From Trichoplax sp. H2 (lineage: Eukaryota): a DNA stretch of 64,000 bases. Location of the stretch: NCBI GenBank assembly GCA_003344405.1, contig NOWV01000183.1:62001-126000 (forward strand), given 5' to 3'. How positions within the stretch are numbered: the first letter of the stretch is position 1; each line of letters opens with the position of its first letter. The notes under the pieces are model-generated. The model did no database searches. It saw only the letters and a program-made list of their open reading frames with translations, and was not told where the DNA came from. This document shows, one piece after another, positions 15,458 to 40,201 of this stretch. The position numbers and the translations under genes are program-made.

Positions 15458-16400
15458 TTACAAGGTATCCTCAGAGCCAACATCACCATGCGGTTGTAAT
15501 CCACGCTCCAACATGGCTTGATTTCTAAGTTTGGTTTCTTCATCTCTGCGCTGTAGTTGTTCTCTTTGAGCATCCAATATGTCTTCGATGGAGACTTTTT
15601 GTAACTGCGTTAAGTCTTTTTTGTCATCCTAGGTAAGATTACAGACAAATGAATTCGTTGTTGGATGTCAAAGCTACAGTAGATTAGTACTTGCACATGT
15701 TGAAATGACACATGACATAGTTAAGACACTCCTTGCACTATAAATCTACAATGCAATCTAAATCAAAACAGGCTTTGGCTAGTGGTGAGCGATGCCAAGG
15801 AAGGTCGCTGTTATCAATGCTGTAAGTCAGCAAAGGTTTGGTTTGGTACTAATTTATATAGTAACTTGGTCGAAACAAGCTTATTTGTTTCACTATTATT
15901 AGCAATAAATCTGTAGAGCTCACCATTTCGCCTAAAATGGCGACATTATCGCCTCGTATAACAAATAAGCCTCGAGGGATATCACCATACTGTTTACCAA
16001 CATGAATCCTTTCTATGGTATCTTGAAGGACTAAATTAGCTAATAAATAGAAATTGAAAGCATCATCAACTCCTAATCATTCTATCAATCAACAACGTCT
16101 TATTACTTCAAAACTCATCTCTAGGTACAGCTACTTTTTCTTACCAAATTGGTCAACACTTCTTAAAAAACCGATCAGAGTTCGACCATCTTTCAAGACT
16201 ATCATTAACTTTTCTATCAATGAATCCAATTTAGCTTGCAGTTAATTATTAAAACATTAACATAGCACTCTACTACAGCAGTCATCCATGCTAAGTACTC
16301 TGATTGCTCCTCATCGGAGGTCGAACAATAAAGTCAACTTACTATCAATATCCGACATCAAATTAGCAGTATATGCCAAAACACTGTCTAAATCAGCCAT
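15458..16400 (-). CDS. LSM1: Sm-like protein LSm1 (cytoplasmic Lsm1-7 mRNA decapping complex), 4 exons: 16400-16343, 16213-16145, 16039-15924, 15628-15458
   Basis: Manual translation gives [85 protein letters not shown]...[16 protein letters not shown]...*. It contains Sm1/Sm2 motifs and the LSm1-type C-terminal helix. Introns are canonical. Not in the ORF track. Confidence 0.95.
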
Positions 16401-16850
16401 GTTTGTTACGCGATAGCAATAGCAGTAGCTACAGTGATACCTTGACAATTTTCGAAGCGCAACACCTAAGCAAAAGCAATTACTAGAACCTTAGTATCCA
16501 CGTCGCATCGACCAAATCTCTCAATTCCACAGGGCAGTTTGGGCTAGTTTTGACCAGATTTCCACTTTTGAGCTGATGTTCGTGGCGGAGTGGAAGATAG
16601 ACGACGATAGCAAGGTTTGGCTGATGTGCATGAATGGATCATTTCTTGACAGTGCCAGTACGAGACTACCAGTATGTTTTACGTTATTGTATAGCCATAC
16701 TAATTCGACACCCTTGTTGTGCATCCTGGCAATGTCTGTCCGTGTACAGAGTTTACCTTACCTCGATAGGGGATCGCTGTGGTTTTTCTGGTCATTCTAC
16801 TATACTGTAGCACTGAAACCGTCGACTGTACTGTACAAAACCAAATGGTG

Positions 16851-17447
16851 GGCATCCTGGCAGCCATGATCGACTTTCATCATTCGTCGTCAGTCTACTG
16901 TATGATTACAGAGGTATGGTACAGTTAAAATGACCAGCAAACACAGGGACTAGACATTCTTAGACTGACGCATAGACTGATCGACCATGACTCGAAAGTC
17001 TCCTTTAGTAGTTACTGCAACGTATGAGAGCTATTTCAACGTCATTTCAAGATAATTTACAGTGTTGTGATACGATTACATCTCTAATAATTATAATCAG
17101 CCTAATCGATGACCGGTAATTGGCAGGAGAATGGCAGCAATCCATCAAGAAGGCATCCTGGCAGCCTTGATCGACTTTCATCATTCGTCGTTAGTCTACT
17201 GTATGATTACAGAGGTATGGTACAGTTAAAATGACCAGCAAACATAGGACTGGACATTCTTAGACTGACGCATGGACTGAATGACCATGACTCGAAAGTC
17301 TCTTTTAGTAGTTACTGCAACGTATGAGAGCTATTTCAACGTCATTTCAAGATAGTTTACAGTATTATGATACGATTACATCTCTAATAATTATAATCAG
17401 TCTAATCAATGACCGGTAATTGGCAGGAGAATGGAAGCAATCCATCA
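16851..17447. repeat. Tandem direct duplication, 2 x 301 bp, in the LSM1/FBXO41 divergent intergenic region
   Basis: ggcatcctggcagcc...gcaatccatca starts at 16851 and again at 17152; the copies are colinear with scattered substitutions. Confidence 0.95.
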
Positions 17448-19017
17448 TCTAGAAGGCTCTTGGAGAAAGACGGCTGACTTACGCTGCCGTAGTAACGATA
17501 ACAGAAGTATATTTAGACTCGTGTCATGGCTCATGTTTTGTAGGGTACACTACCAAAAGGCATCCAGGTCGTATGAAAACCTACAGTATGTGGACTGATG
17601 CACAGTGTACAGTGTACAGTACAACGTCGATCAAGTACTGTAGCCAGATCCTGTTTCCACGGTTTCCGTTCGAGCATCGAGCCTGGCGTCTGCGTTGGAT
17701 GCGCTCATGGACTCCGCTGGACTATTCTACCAGTAATAAATAGAGAATTGAATTTAAAACGCTGCTAGTAATTGATCATGTCAATAAAGAGACAAAAGTA
17801 GAAAGCCTACACCGAATCTACAGTAACACCCGACGCTTTATACCAAGGATACCTGCTTTCACGTATACTGAAAGGGATCGATGCAAGCAATAGACAGTTG
17901 GAACATGTTTTAAAGCCTTGCCACTGCTTTCAACGTTATCCATACCATGCACACGAGTAGGTATCTTGCATAATTTGTGTGTACGAATTGTTTTCGTTGC
18001 TTGCTCAATGAATAGTCAGAATAGTTATTCTCCATCTGCAATCACTGTTTCTAATCTTTAGCCTTCAGTGTGACCAAGCTGTAGAGAAGCGTGTATACTG
18101 TACAATCTTTGCTTGAATATGGTTCGACATGAATAAATTCTGCTAGAGCGTACAGAATAAACATTCCACAAAGTCGCTCGCCTACATCAAGAGCTCAAGG
18201 CAACTAGCAACCTCAAAATCCACATCGAATAATTATATCGTATAGCTATTTCCTTCCAAAGAATATTACGGTACGTCAAAGTAGATATAAATTGTATAGT
18301 GTACAAGGTTAAGCATAGAATCTGCCAATCGACACCGTTGATCTATGATTGACATGACTTCGACAGAGCGCTTGATTAAGAGTGAGTCCTTTTTCCGTAG
18401 TCACAACGTAATAAAGCTTAAGCAATGCAACATTTCATAACTTAGTAATTGAATTGAACGTTAGCTTTGCTGGAGGAAATTAACGAACAATATTTGTGCT
18501 TTATTTTGCAGCAATGGCAACTGTATTCCTTACATTTTAATTGCATGCTCCATCGTCACGTTTCAATGAGATCATCGCGTCAAATGCCTACAGGATCGAT
18601 TTATCATAAATGGCCAATAGCTAACATCATCAGTTTGTCATGAACTAGATTATAATAATTCTTGGATAATAATTGCTTATAAGCAGCCCTGGAAATATTA
18701 TAAAATTCGGAATGTTTGACTAAATTAAGAATTGCAGCGATCGCAATAACATTCATCTTTGAAAGTTTGTAAAGTTTCAAAAATAACTAGTCTTCTTGCC
18801 TTCTAAATCCTCGAAAGAGCATTACTCACTGGGATTTCACTATCCTTGATACAAAAAAACAATTACCTTTTATAATTATTTCCGCAAAATTAATTTCCTA
18901 TCTATCAGTGTCAAACCTGCTGGCTTTAATTTAAACTCACCTTTATCTCAGTTTTTAAGTTACGATCCACCTATTTTTACATGAATCGTTTATAAGGGCT
19001 AACAACATTCATTTAAA

Positions 19018-22000
19018 ATGTTTAATTGTCCTAAATGTGCTAATGGCCCTCAATTTGACTCTTTGCTGGGGTTAAAATATCATTTAGAAAGTTATCATCC
19101 ACATGGCTATCCTTCTTCTCCCCAATATGGTCAAGTTATACCGTCTTCACAGTATACACCCCCGAATAATCATTCTCTACAGCAGACTTCACCTTCAAAT
19201 CTATTATCATTATTTCCAAACTCACCAACATATTACAGTAATGATACAATAAATGGAAATAAGTTTGCTACAAAAGATAGCCTTCAGCAACATCATGACA
19301 CTGCAATGTATACTTCACCTTATCGTAGACATCAAGGTGATGATATAGCAAATGCTTCTAATCTAACTCCAACGTCGTTGCCTACAAGCAAGCAAATGCA
19401 CTCCTTGCAAGGATTTTATCCTCTCCATTTCGCCAGCAGCCCATTTTTAGCATCCAAAATCTCAACTAATCATGCCTCTTCGCGATCCGATTTTAGTTAT
19501 CGTCAATTCACTCCTTTAGATGATCATCAATACAAGCTCTCCAATGTCCTCGATAAGAGCATGCAATCTAAACAAGAACTGTTACAGCTACAAAAAGTAT
19601 TAGACCAACGTAATTATCAACTAGTAGAGATGAAAGCTGAACTAAAATTAGCAAAGTTAGAAAAGAATCGACTAGAAAGTGAAAGAAGTTACATGAAGGC
19701 AGAAATTGATGCAAATGAAGCAGTTATTAACAAATTAGAGCACAAGTTAAGCCGGCGAGAAAGGTTTGAATTGTTATAAAAATATAGGCTGACTCACTTT
19801 CTGTAATGTTCTGTGGTCGTTTCATGCATTTTTTTATTTTATAAATTAGAATGATTAGATCATATTCTAATAGTATCTATAAAATTTTTCGGTTATAATC
19901 TTCAAGTGATGCTCATAAGAGGTTTTGCAAACTAACAGAATGTAAAGCCAACCGATATAAATCAATCAATTATTATGATCTGTTTATGAACCAATAAAGT
20001 AGCAGTGAAAAACGAAAGCAAGCATATTTACATTTATCGTAGCATCCTACAAAAATGTAGATAGTGCTGCATGTATAACTGTAGAAATACTATATTATCA
20101 TTTTATAGCTGTTGTTATATATGAAATGGACAGCTAAATAACGTCTAGATTTTATCTGCTTGCTTATTAGGGAATTTCAAGAATTGGAGAGGAAGACTAC
20201 CTTTCGCAACGATGTGGCTCAAGGAAGAATTGTACCTGAATCAACATACCGATATTCAGCTTCTCCGTCTGTCGGTGGACCAATGCAGCAAACTTTTCAA
20301 AGACAGAGTCGTCGTAGCAGTATTAGAAGTTACAAGCATGATGATATTCAAGTATCCAGCAATAGTGGGGGCAATAATGAAGTTGCTACGCGAAAGATAT
20401 CCCATGATCAAGGTTATGCTCCATTGGATGAGTTAGTTCATGCCGCCATGACTAGTAGGAGGCAGTCCAGCGCAAGTAAACAGTATCAAAGTGATGGTGA
20501 TAGCTCAAGGAGAAAAACACCTACATCAGATGAGCAAGCACACCCAAATCAGCTCACTATGTCTCTTCCAAGTAGTAATTATGAAATAAATCAGCTAAAT
20601 GATGATCAATCGACAGGCAGTTTAATAATGAGCGAAGTTATGCTTAGAAGAAATATGTCAGCTGGTAGTAAATCAGAATTTGATGGCTATATCGCAAGTC
20701 CGCACGGAACTCTTTCCTTACCCATAGAAGACATTGACGATTTACCTTGCGAACTGGATCCTCAAGCTGAAGTCAATTTGGCGAGCCGCACAGGTTCAAC
20801 TAGTGAACATGTTAGTTTAAGACTATCAAGACATAACAGCAATACTGGGAAGTCTCCAAGAGGTAGAATAATTCATAAGATGCGGTAGTCTATTTTTTCC
20901 TCCTCCTCTTTCTTAACTATATAATTATCGTTATTACCCAGTCCTTAACCGGTAGTTCATACTTGAGCTTACGTGTATATCATTTTACTCTTAACAGCTC
21001 TGTTTCAATTATTACTTGTTAAGTGGTATTTGAATTACTCCGTGTATCTATGATCATGACAATCTTATGTAGCAATCGTCTGTACTAGCTGTCGGACTAT
21101 AACTTATGTTGTATATATATTTTTAGATTCGTATTTAGCAAGGAACATTCATAGGACGCCCAGTAAAGCCTCTAGTATATATCGACATGAATCCAATAGA
21201 TCAAATCGATCACAACGGGTATCATTTAGCAAGACATTTTCCACTAGTCCCAGTTTACAACGGCAAATTTTCCATGGTGACACCATCGGTAAATTACTTG
21301 GCCGATTTGGCCAAGATCAAGTTACATCCTCATTTGTAGCTATATTTTCCTATCTTGGGATTAAGGATAAATTAAAGGTTTCAGAAGTTTGCCGCTTTTG
21401 GTGGACAGTTAGTCGTCATCCCTCTTTATGGTCAAATATTCACTTAAGAAAAACTCGCGTTTCTTTTGAGGTAATTCTACTAACTTTGCAGTTCTTATTA
21501 AAAAATCAAACCGTATTTGTTAATATTAACTACAATTATAATTGGCAAGGTTTAATGAATGAAACCAAACTTACATGCTACAATCTCGTTTCTAATAATA
21601 CTTAATTGTAATTTTGATGACTGGCTAATTCTTAGGCATTTGTAGCGATGAGTAATTGGGCAACACAGTTGGAAACTCTAACAGTCGAAGGTTAGACGTG
21701 ATTATAGATAGTAGTTTTGCGCTGCTGATAGTGCTGGGATTCTTAAATGCTTGATATACAGTCATATTTCAGTACCCCAAATCTATCTAATTCTATAGCT
21801 TTTGCTAAACTGTTAAAGATACCATGTTTCGATGATATACATGTAGTTTACACCCTTTACTCAAGAATCTTACGGTGTAGCCGGCAGAAATAAATATGCT
21901 TTAATTTCCGAACTATACTTATTGCTAGATATTAAGCCTAGACGTCGATTAGTTGATGAAGAAGAAAATGATTACAAAAAAGCTATGACGTACGTATGAT

Positions 22001-24084
22001 TGCAAATATTATGATCGCCTAATTGATCGTCCGTAGTAAAGTCTACTTCGATTGTCATGTAATACTTGAAATTCTTCTCAACACTAATGATTATTTTAAT
22101 CGCCTTTTGGTTTGTATTATTGGCTATAAAACTAATCAATAGTCTAATTTTTAGAGGGTCTCTTGAGAAAGGGCTGAGTAAGTTATTAAAAGCTTCACGA
22201 GGAAATATAATATCCATCAAAATTATTAATTGTGGTCATTTAGTGACTTCAAAGTAAGTTTCTTTAAGTTTAATATAATTATAAAATACATACCTTTACT
22301 AAGTAGATAGTATGTCATCTTGTTAATACTTTAGGCCATTAAAAGTCATTGCCTTAATCAGCTCCATTTACTAAATTTTTATTTCTTATTTCTTTCCTGG
22401 AATGTTTAAGCATGTTTAAATTAATGGCGAATTACTGCAAAAAAATAAAATACTTAGCCTATATTTACTGTATGGATGTTCCTGGAAGGGATCTACTATG
22501 GACATTTGGCAGTACTTGCAAAGATATTATCGATTTAGCTATACTACCCCATCCATCAAGGTAAGCAAACGCGCATATTGTATTCCAAATGCTGAAAAAT
22601 AAGTTACGATAATGTGTAGTTGAGACTTTGTAACGACATTTTGGTATCATCTGATAACCTAATTTATCACGTCCGTAGTGCAAATGCTGAACAATTCAAT
22701 AATTCATGCCTTCATGTTATTGGTAAAAGTTGGCTTCAATTATCTTCGCTCAAGATCGGCAGTCCAACAATATCAGACAGAGGATTGATAGCAATTGGTA
22801 TTTATAAAATTTTTGTAGTCACATACGTAATGCGTTCCCAATCATACTTGTAGTATATTCATCGTAGTAATTTGCCCTGGATAGCAAATCATCTATTTTA
22901 CCGTAGTCACATGAGGTTCACACCTAATGTGAATATTGAAAATTTTTTGTGAAATATTTACATGTACATATAAATTTTGTAAATTCAACTTAGCTTTATT
23001 TTATCCATTGCAATTTAGCCGTCGAATGTAAGAAATTAAAGCATTTACGGTTAGATCGCTCAATGGAACTGTCATCAGAAGTTGCTGAACAAATGTGCAA
23101 TTTTGGATTAAAGAGTATTGAGCAAATTGAATTTACCAATACACCAATTTCTCATGAAGCTATTCGTCATTTTGCAGGTTCGTGAATATATTACATTCTT
23201 ACTAGTTAAACCATCCCCATAAATTTTAAGCTGTGAGAATTGATCAATACCCAAGCTTATGTGGTCCATTATATAACTCAAAATTTTGAATTAATTACCT
23301 TATATTCTAGTTCTTACAAATATCTCTGTCTAAATTAAACGTACCGTATGTTTCCAGTGATTACATAATTATATACTATTTCTAATAGTGTACATCTACA
23401 TAAGATCAGCATGTTAGTAAATAACTCTTAGGTGAAGTTAAAGAATTCAATTATGTAAATTACTTTAAATGTGAATCGTAATGAGAATTAATATAAGAGC
23501 CATAAAATTAATCATACTTTAGCGTATAACCTGGATCAATGACTCTTCTCAAGGCACATTCATGAACTTATTCACTAATCGCTCAAGCTAATAATGCCTG
23601 GCAGCATTTAATAACTTAATAATAGTTAATCCATAAAGCAAGAATTAGTTAATAAGTGTATTAACCGTCAAATATCGCTATTCGTGGTGACGTGTTTTTT
23701 TAACCTTGCATTAGAAAAATGTGGTAAGATTAAAGCGATCTTGATCCAATTATCTATCGAAGACTTCTTCGAAGACATCCACGAAAGTGTCTTTATCGAA
23801 GAATATAATAACATTATCGATAATCTTTTGGTAAGCAGAATATTTCTAGCTCACATAGCATCAACGTACACATTAACTTAAATTAATCAACAGTAGCTAA
23901 TTAATACCATTGACTTATCACTAATCATGATTCAACAATCCTTTATAGTACTAATTTATCACATTGTAATAGCTAACGATATACTTTGATACCTTTTGCC
24001 TAGGTCATGAAACGAGAATTTATTGACAGTAAACAAATTATTATTAAGGCGGAAAAAGTGCCATTACTTACTCCTTATCAGTAA
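19018..24084 (+). CDS. FBXO41: F-box only protein 41 ortholog (N-terminal C2H2 zinc finger, coiled coil, F-box, LRR-like C-terminus), 11 exons: 19018-19763, 20171-20862, 21127-21470, 21636-21690, 21929-21989, 22155-22253, 22411-22560, 22679-22797, 23019-23177, 23715-23830, 24004-24084
   Basis: Zinc finger CPKC...FDSLLGLKYHLESYH; F-box IFSYLGIKDKLKVSEVCRFWWTVSRHPSLW. C-terminal segments GSLEKGLSKLLKASRGN, FNNSCLHVIGKSW, TPISHEAIRHF and IQLSIEDFF parallel the recalled vertebrate FBXO41 sequence. All junctions are GT-AG and in frame. Confidence 0.88.
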
Positions 24085-25229
24085 CAAATCTAAGAATGAT
24101 TGAAAGGACTGTACAAATGACATTTAATTAACAAGGATCCAATTCTAAGGATAACCCGTTTCATCTTGCAGCAATTGAGAGAATAAGAAAAATCGTCCTT
24201 ATTTTGTCATGTGATATTAACGTTACGTTGTATAGCAGTAGTTTCTTTTCGTTGATCTCTAAACTGGATTGAAATGATGCGCTCGAGTTGTAAACTCAAA
24301 ATGTCCTTTAATATATTCTGTATCTAAACTCTGGTAATGTAATATTCTGAATTCCTTGTCTTTTGAAGAAACAACTATAGCCACAACTAGATTTGTTGTC
24401 TCTTTATATGCATAAAATTTTATTACAGCGAGCGAAAAAATTGCAAAATTTCAATGCAAGCTATTACCTACTTTTATTAATGATAGGTTTATAATTTAAA
24501 TATTTTAGATAGTTCGGAAAGCACTGTATATTGTTGCAAATTAGATTAGATTGTCACTAAAAGCCTTCGAAAGCGAAAAATTTGCTTTAAATCGAACTAT
24601 ATCCTTTAAAAATTCTTTCCAAATGCCGATTTGCTTAATTTAAAGATCTGTATAAATCTAATAATACCTTTACACCCAATAAATAAATAGTGCTAAAGAA
24701 CGAATAATCTTCGTCCTTCTTCCTTTGTAACGTTTTCTTGTTGCAGCATTTAAGCCTATTATACTTCTCCTGTGCATGTCGTGTATTTTTTTCTATTCTG
24801 TACAATTGCAATTTAACATTATATTCAAACGATAATATAGACTTAATTAAATTGCATTACAATCGTAAAATGCCATGGCGCTGTTCATTGTTCGTTGCAA
24901 ATAAATTCTTGCATTACAAACCTTGATTCATGATATGCCTAAAAATGCTATCCTTTCTAATGCTACAAAAGATAGATTACCTAGATACTATAAAATAACT
25001 GGTTATCTCCAAATACTCTGATATTATAAAATTCTGAATCAATTTCGTTAATTTGTCTCTCGCTCTAGTAAGTTATAAATAGATATCGCAAATAATTGCC
25101 ATATCAAAGCTAACAAGCTTTCAAAGTATGTAAATTGCAAAATATTTAATATGCAATATAAATAACTGACAATGTGGAACTATCATTCAATTCCCATTCA
25201 TCAAAGCCAGGTGAGGCTTCAATTATAAA

Positions 25230-36409
<11,180 letters not shown>

Positions 36410-37651
36410 AATAATGTATCTATCCGTGTCAATGTTATACTACTCTTCTGCTTAGGCTTTGAATGTCTAATTGAATGGTACTAATGTGTTGAAAAAAGCA
36501 ACAACATCGTTGATCGATTGTGTTTTAAAGGCTGAACATTTTACCGATCCCTTGGATCGATGGTCAATTTGCGTTGGTGAATAGAAGATGATTGTAATTT
36601 TATGATGACAAGGATACTATAATCAGTCTGGTGAGGACAAGGAAGCGTACAACTTGTTCCACCAAAGTACACGTCTAGGATCCAACGCGTTTATCTTCTA
36701 TCACTACAATATGAAGAGAAAAAAAAAGCCAATAAAGCAAAAGTAGTCAATGGACCACCTCGCTATAGCTGACACCAGATGATGACTATGATGTACTGAT
36801 CGATTTCAAGCATTCTTAATCATAAAGTGTCCATTTAGCGTGGAATTGTATGGATACTAGGTTCAAAGTAGCATTGGCAAAGTAGTACAGTAAAAGATCA
36901 CCTTGACAGTATGGCCCAGCATATTATCCAATAGGTCAATGATGACACGATTTCAACCTTTCAACCATGGACGTTACAACTGGCTGACTGGAGACTTCCC
37001 TTGGTGGCTAGGTTGTAACGTTTCTACGTCTATTGCAGGCTGATTTTGAATTAAAATAGGAAAGTAGGGCTAGATGAAAGAGATCAATGTCTTCTGCAAG
37101 AACTACCACAGTATTACTTACTTATTATGATGATTTTAATATTAATTATTATTGTTATGATGATGATGAATTGTTGAAAGCCCCCTGGCTAGCCAAGCAG
37201 CAACTGACGGGGCCTGTTCACTGTCTACAGTACTATACTGTACACTGTACAGTACAGTTCGATTCCAACATATGTACTGTACACTGTAGAGTACATACTG
37301 TATCTCTACTGCACTACCACTTTCAGTAACTCTACTGCAATGGACAGCAGTAATGTTCACTCATACGGTCTACACTACTCCAATCTGTCTTACTCCAGTC
37401 TACAGAATGACCACAGAGATAGAAGAAAACCTGGATGAGAAAGAAGGATGAAAATGATCAAAAGGGGGGGGCACTTTTCCAAGCGTATGGTATTGATGAA
37501 TTCTTCTTCTGGCGACCAGTATTGCAATTAGTACTGTACTCTCAGGGTATAGTAGGCCACACATTTCTACAGTACAGTATTCCAAGTCAATGACTTCGCG
37601 GGTACCGTCTAGTATACAGTACAGTACAGTGGATGGTCATATGAACTATAC

Positions 37652-38172
37652 GATAATTCGACGCACGTAAAAGAAAGAAACAACGCTGGCTGGCTGACCT
37701 ACAGTACAGTAGTACTGTAGAAGTTGCGGAAAAAAAATCACTATGACACTGTACAGTACCATGGACTACTCATACTACAGTACTGTTCATATCCAGTAAA
37801 AGACAAGAAATGCTTGCCATTTCTTCTCGGCACTGCCGGTCTGGAACTATTTTTGTACAGTATACAGTTTGACATATTTACATTTTGGACAGTAATACAG
37901 TACTGTTCCTATCCAGTAAAAGAGAAGAAATGCTTGCCATTTCTGTACTGTACTGCCGGTCTGGAACTATTTTTGTATACAGTATGCCATATTTACAATT
38001 TGTACAGTACAGTACAGTATAGAAGATAACTCGACGCACGTAAAAGAAAGAAAGAACGCTGGCTGGCCTGGTAGAAGTTGCAGAAAAAAATCACTATGAC
38101 ACTGTCCTGTACCATGGACTACTCATACTACAGTACTGTTTATATCCAGTAAAAGACAAGAAATGCTTGCTA
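37652..38172. repeat. Nested direct repeats: a ~373-bp-period block (37658 and 38031) containing a 120-bp-period sub-repeat (~37776 and ~37896)
   Basis: tcgacgcacgtaaaagaaagaaa...gctggctgg occurs twice; atccagtaaaaga(c/g)aagaaatgcttgc occurs three times. Confidence 0.9.
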
Positions 38173-38653
38173 TTTCCGCACTGTACTGTATCCCTATCAT
38201 TTTTCTGGTCTTGCGACAGTAGACACTCGACACTGGACAGTATTGAAGAAGACCAACACCGTTTTTACCTCCATGCTAATCATTCATGGACGGACAGACC
38301 CTTTTCGGACTGGTCTCGTCAAAACACTGTTTCAAACACTTTATTAGAACACCACTTTAGTATGCAAACAGTCCATTTTCAAGAAACTGCATTTTTTCTT
38401 CAATTCAGTAATATTAGGTTAAATCGAATTATTCGTCAGTATGTAGTAAGTTCTGCTTGCAATCAGCTATATAAGATCATAGATGCCATTTAAATGAATA
38501 CCAGTGATTTCGAAAACAGCCACAGAAGATCCATACTAATAGTCAGTAGACTCAGTACCGTATGCAGTTTTCTGAGTACCGTAAAATATTGATTGGTAGT
38601 TTCCCCAATTATTATTTGGTGTCAAAGTTGTGTTCAGTCGACCAGAGTGCAAA

Positions 38654-39615
38654 GAAAGTAGAATCCAAGTTTATTGGAAGTTTAGCAGCTTGATTTCTAC
38701 ACATTTCATTTCATTACACAATATACTGTACCCAAGTCACCGTCCTCACAATCAATGTGAGCTTGTCCATGAAGAAATGGCATTGTTACTAGAAAATAGA
38801 CTCATATACTGTACTGTATATAAATACATATTTGTTAACGACACCTTAACATACAGACTGTACTGTAGGTGCAGTATACTGTACAGTATGATGGATATAT
38901 TGACATACTGTACAGCATACGTACTGTATAATGTGCAGTAGCAATGATGAAAAAGGCTATAATGATCTTTGAAGATCATTTGCAGCAGCTACTTTAACAA
39001 ATAAGACTTTTATCGTACAATCTAACTCCTTCCATGCATAATGTTATGTACAGTACAGTACAGTAAGACTCAAGGCGTAGTCTTAACGAATGCTCAAATC
39101 GCTCCTTACGTCTACGAGTATTTATTAACTATTTAACTGTAACCCAAGTTACCTAACAAAAGCAAAAGTACAGTATGGCGCTCATCACGTACATCGAATC
39201 AACATAAAACATACCNNNNNNNNNNNNNNNNNNNNGAAAGTAGAATCCAAGTTTATTGGAAGTTTAGCACCTTGATTTCTACACATTTCATTTCATTACA
39301 CAATATACTGTACCCAAGTCACCGTCCTCACAATCAATGTGAGCTTGTGCATGAAGAAATGGCATTGTTACTAGAAAATAGACTCATATACTGTACTGTA
39401 CAGATAAATACATATTTGTTAACGACACCTTGACATACTGTAGGTGCAGTATACTGTACTTGTACAGTATGATGGATATATTGACATACTGTATAATGTG
39501 CAGTAGCAATGATGAAAAAGGCTATAATGATCTTCAAAGATCATTTGCAGCAGCTACTTTAACAAATAAGACTTTTATCGTTCAATCGAACTCCTTCCAT
39601 GCATAGTGTTATGTA
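38654..39615. repeat. Duplicated ~390-bp block (38654-39048 and 39236-39615) on either side of an N-gap
   Basis: gaaagtagaatccaagtttattgg...ctccttccatgcata(a/g)tgttatgta is present twice, with indels concentrated in TACAG/TACTG runs. Confidence 0.9.
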
Positions 39616-40168
39616 TGATAGACTGGTAATGTCTAGGAATTAGGGCAGTGTCACACACCACTAGTGACAAAGTAGTCTACACACGCCAATCCTTGCGTAG
39701 AACGCCACTTACTAACTTAAAGAGGNNNNNNNNNNNNNNNNNNNNNNNNNNNNNNNNNNNNNNNNNNNNNNNNNNAATTGTTAATTGGCGCTATAATATT
39801 ATTAGCGCATAATAATATCAATTATCACATATTTGTTCGATAGTAATTAATAGGATTACAAAGTTATAGAAAAGACTAAGTTATGCATAAGAATAATTAA
39901 CAGGTGGAAAAGGTGTAGATCTGATACAAGTATATAAGAGGTTGTAATTTACCTCGCTAGAGAGAGGAAAAATACGGAGACCTAATAAAGTTAGTTTAGT
40001 AAATTTATCTAGACGCTTCTAGTCCGCCTTTACTGTTGACTGAGGTCCTTCGCTGAAGTGGAGCGAGTAGTGACGCCTGGTGGCAGGTTTACGGTAGGAC
40101 AGAGGAGAGTAGGATAAGNNNNNNNNNNNNNNNNNNNNNNNNNNNNNNNNNNNNNNNNNNNNNNNNNN
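39216..40168. other. Assembly gaps (N runs at 39216-39235, 39726-39775, 40119-40168)
   Basis: N characters in the sequence. Confidence 1.
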
Positions 40169-40201
40169 GATGATGTAGACGAGATAGTCAGAGATTTACT
40201 A

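Noticed and set aside
15772-15830. Plus-strand exon-like segment ([16 protein letters not shown]|gtaagt) antisense within LSM1 intron 3
   Set aside because: No compatible upstream start or downstream exon was found; probably chance splice-like words.
37087-39537. Multiple ORFs rich in Y/C/T/V/Q/S (also at 49597-50188 and 61390-62380)
   Set aside because: These are by-products of TACAG/TACTG arrays, which are stop-poor; no domain-like content.
39776-40118. Short inter-gap contig with atypical composition as a foreign or HGT fragment
   Set aside because: It is flanked by N-gaps with no recognisable ORF; more likely low-quality read ends.
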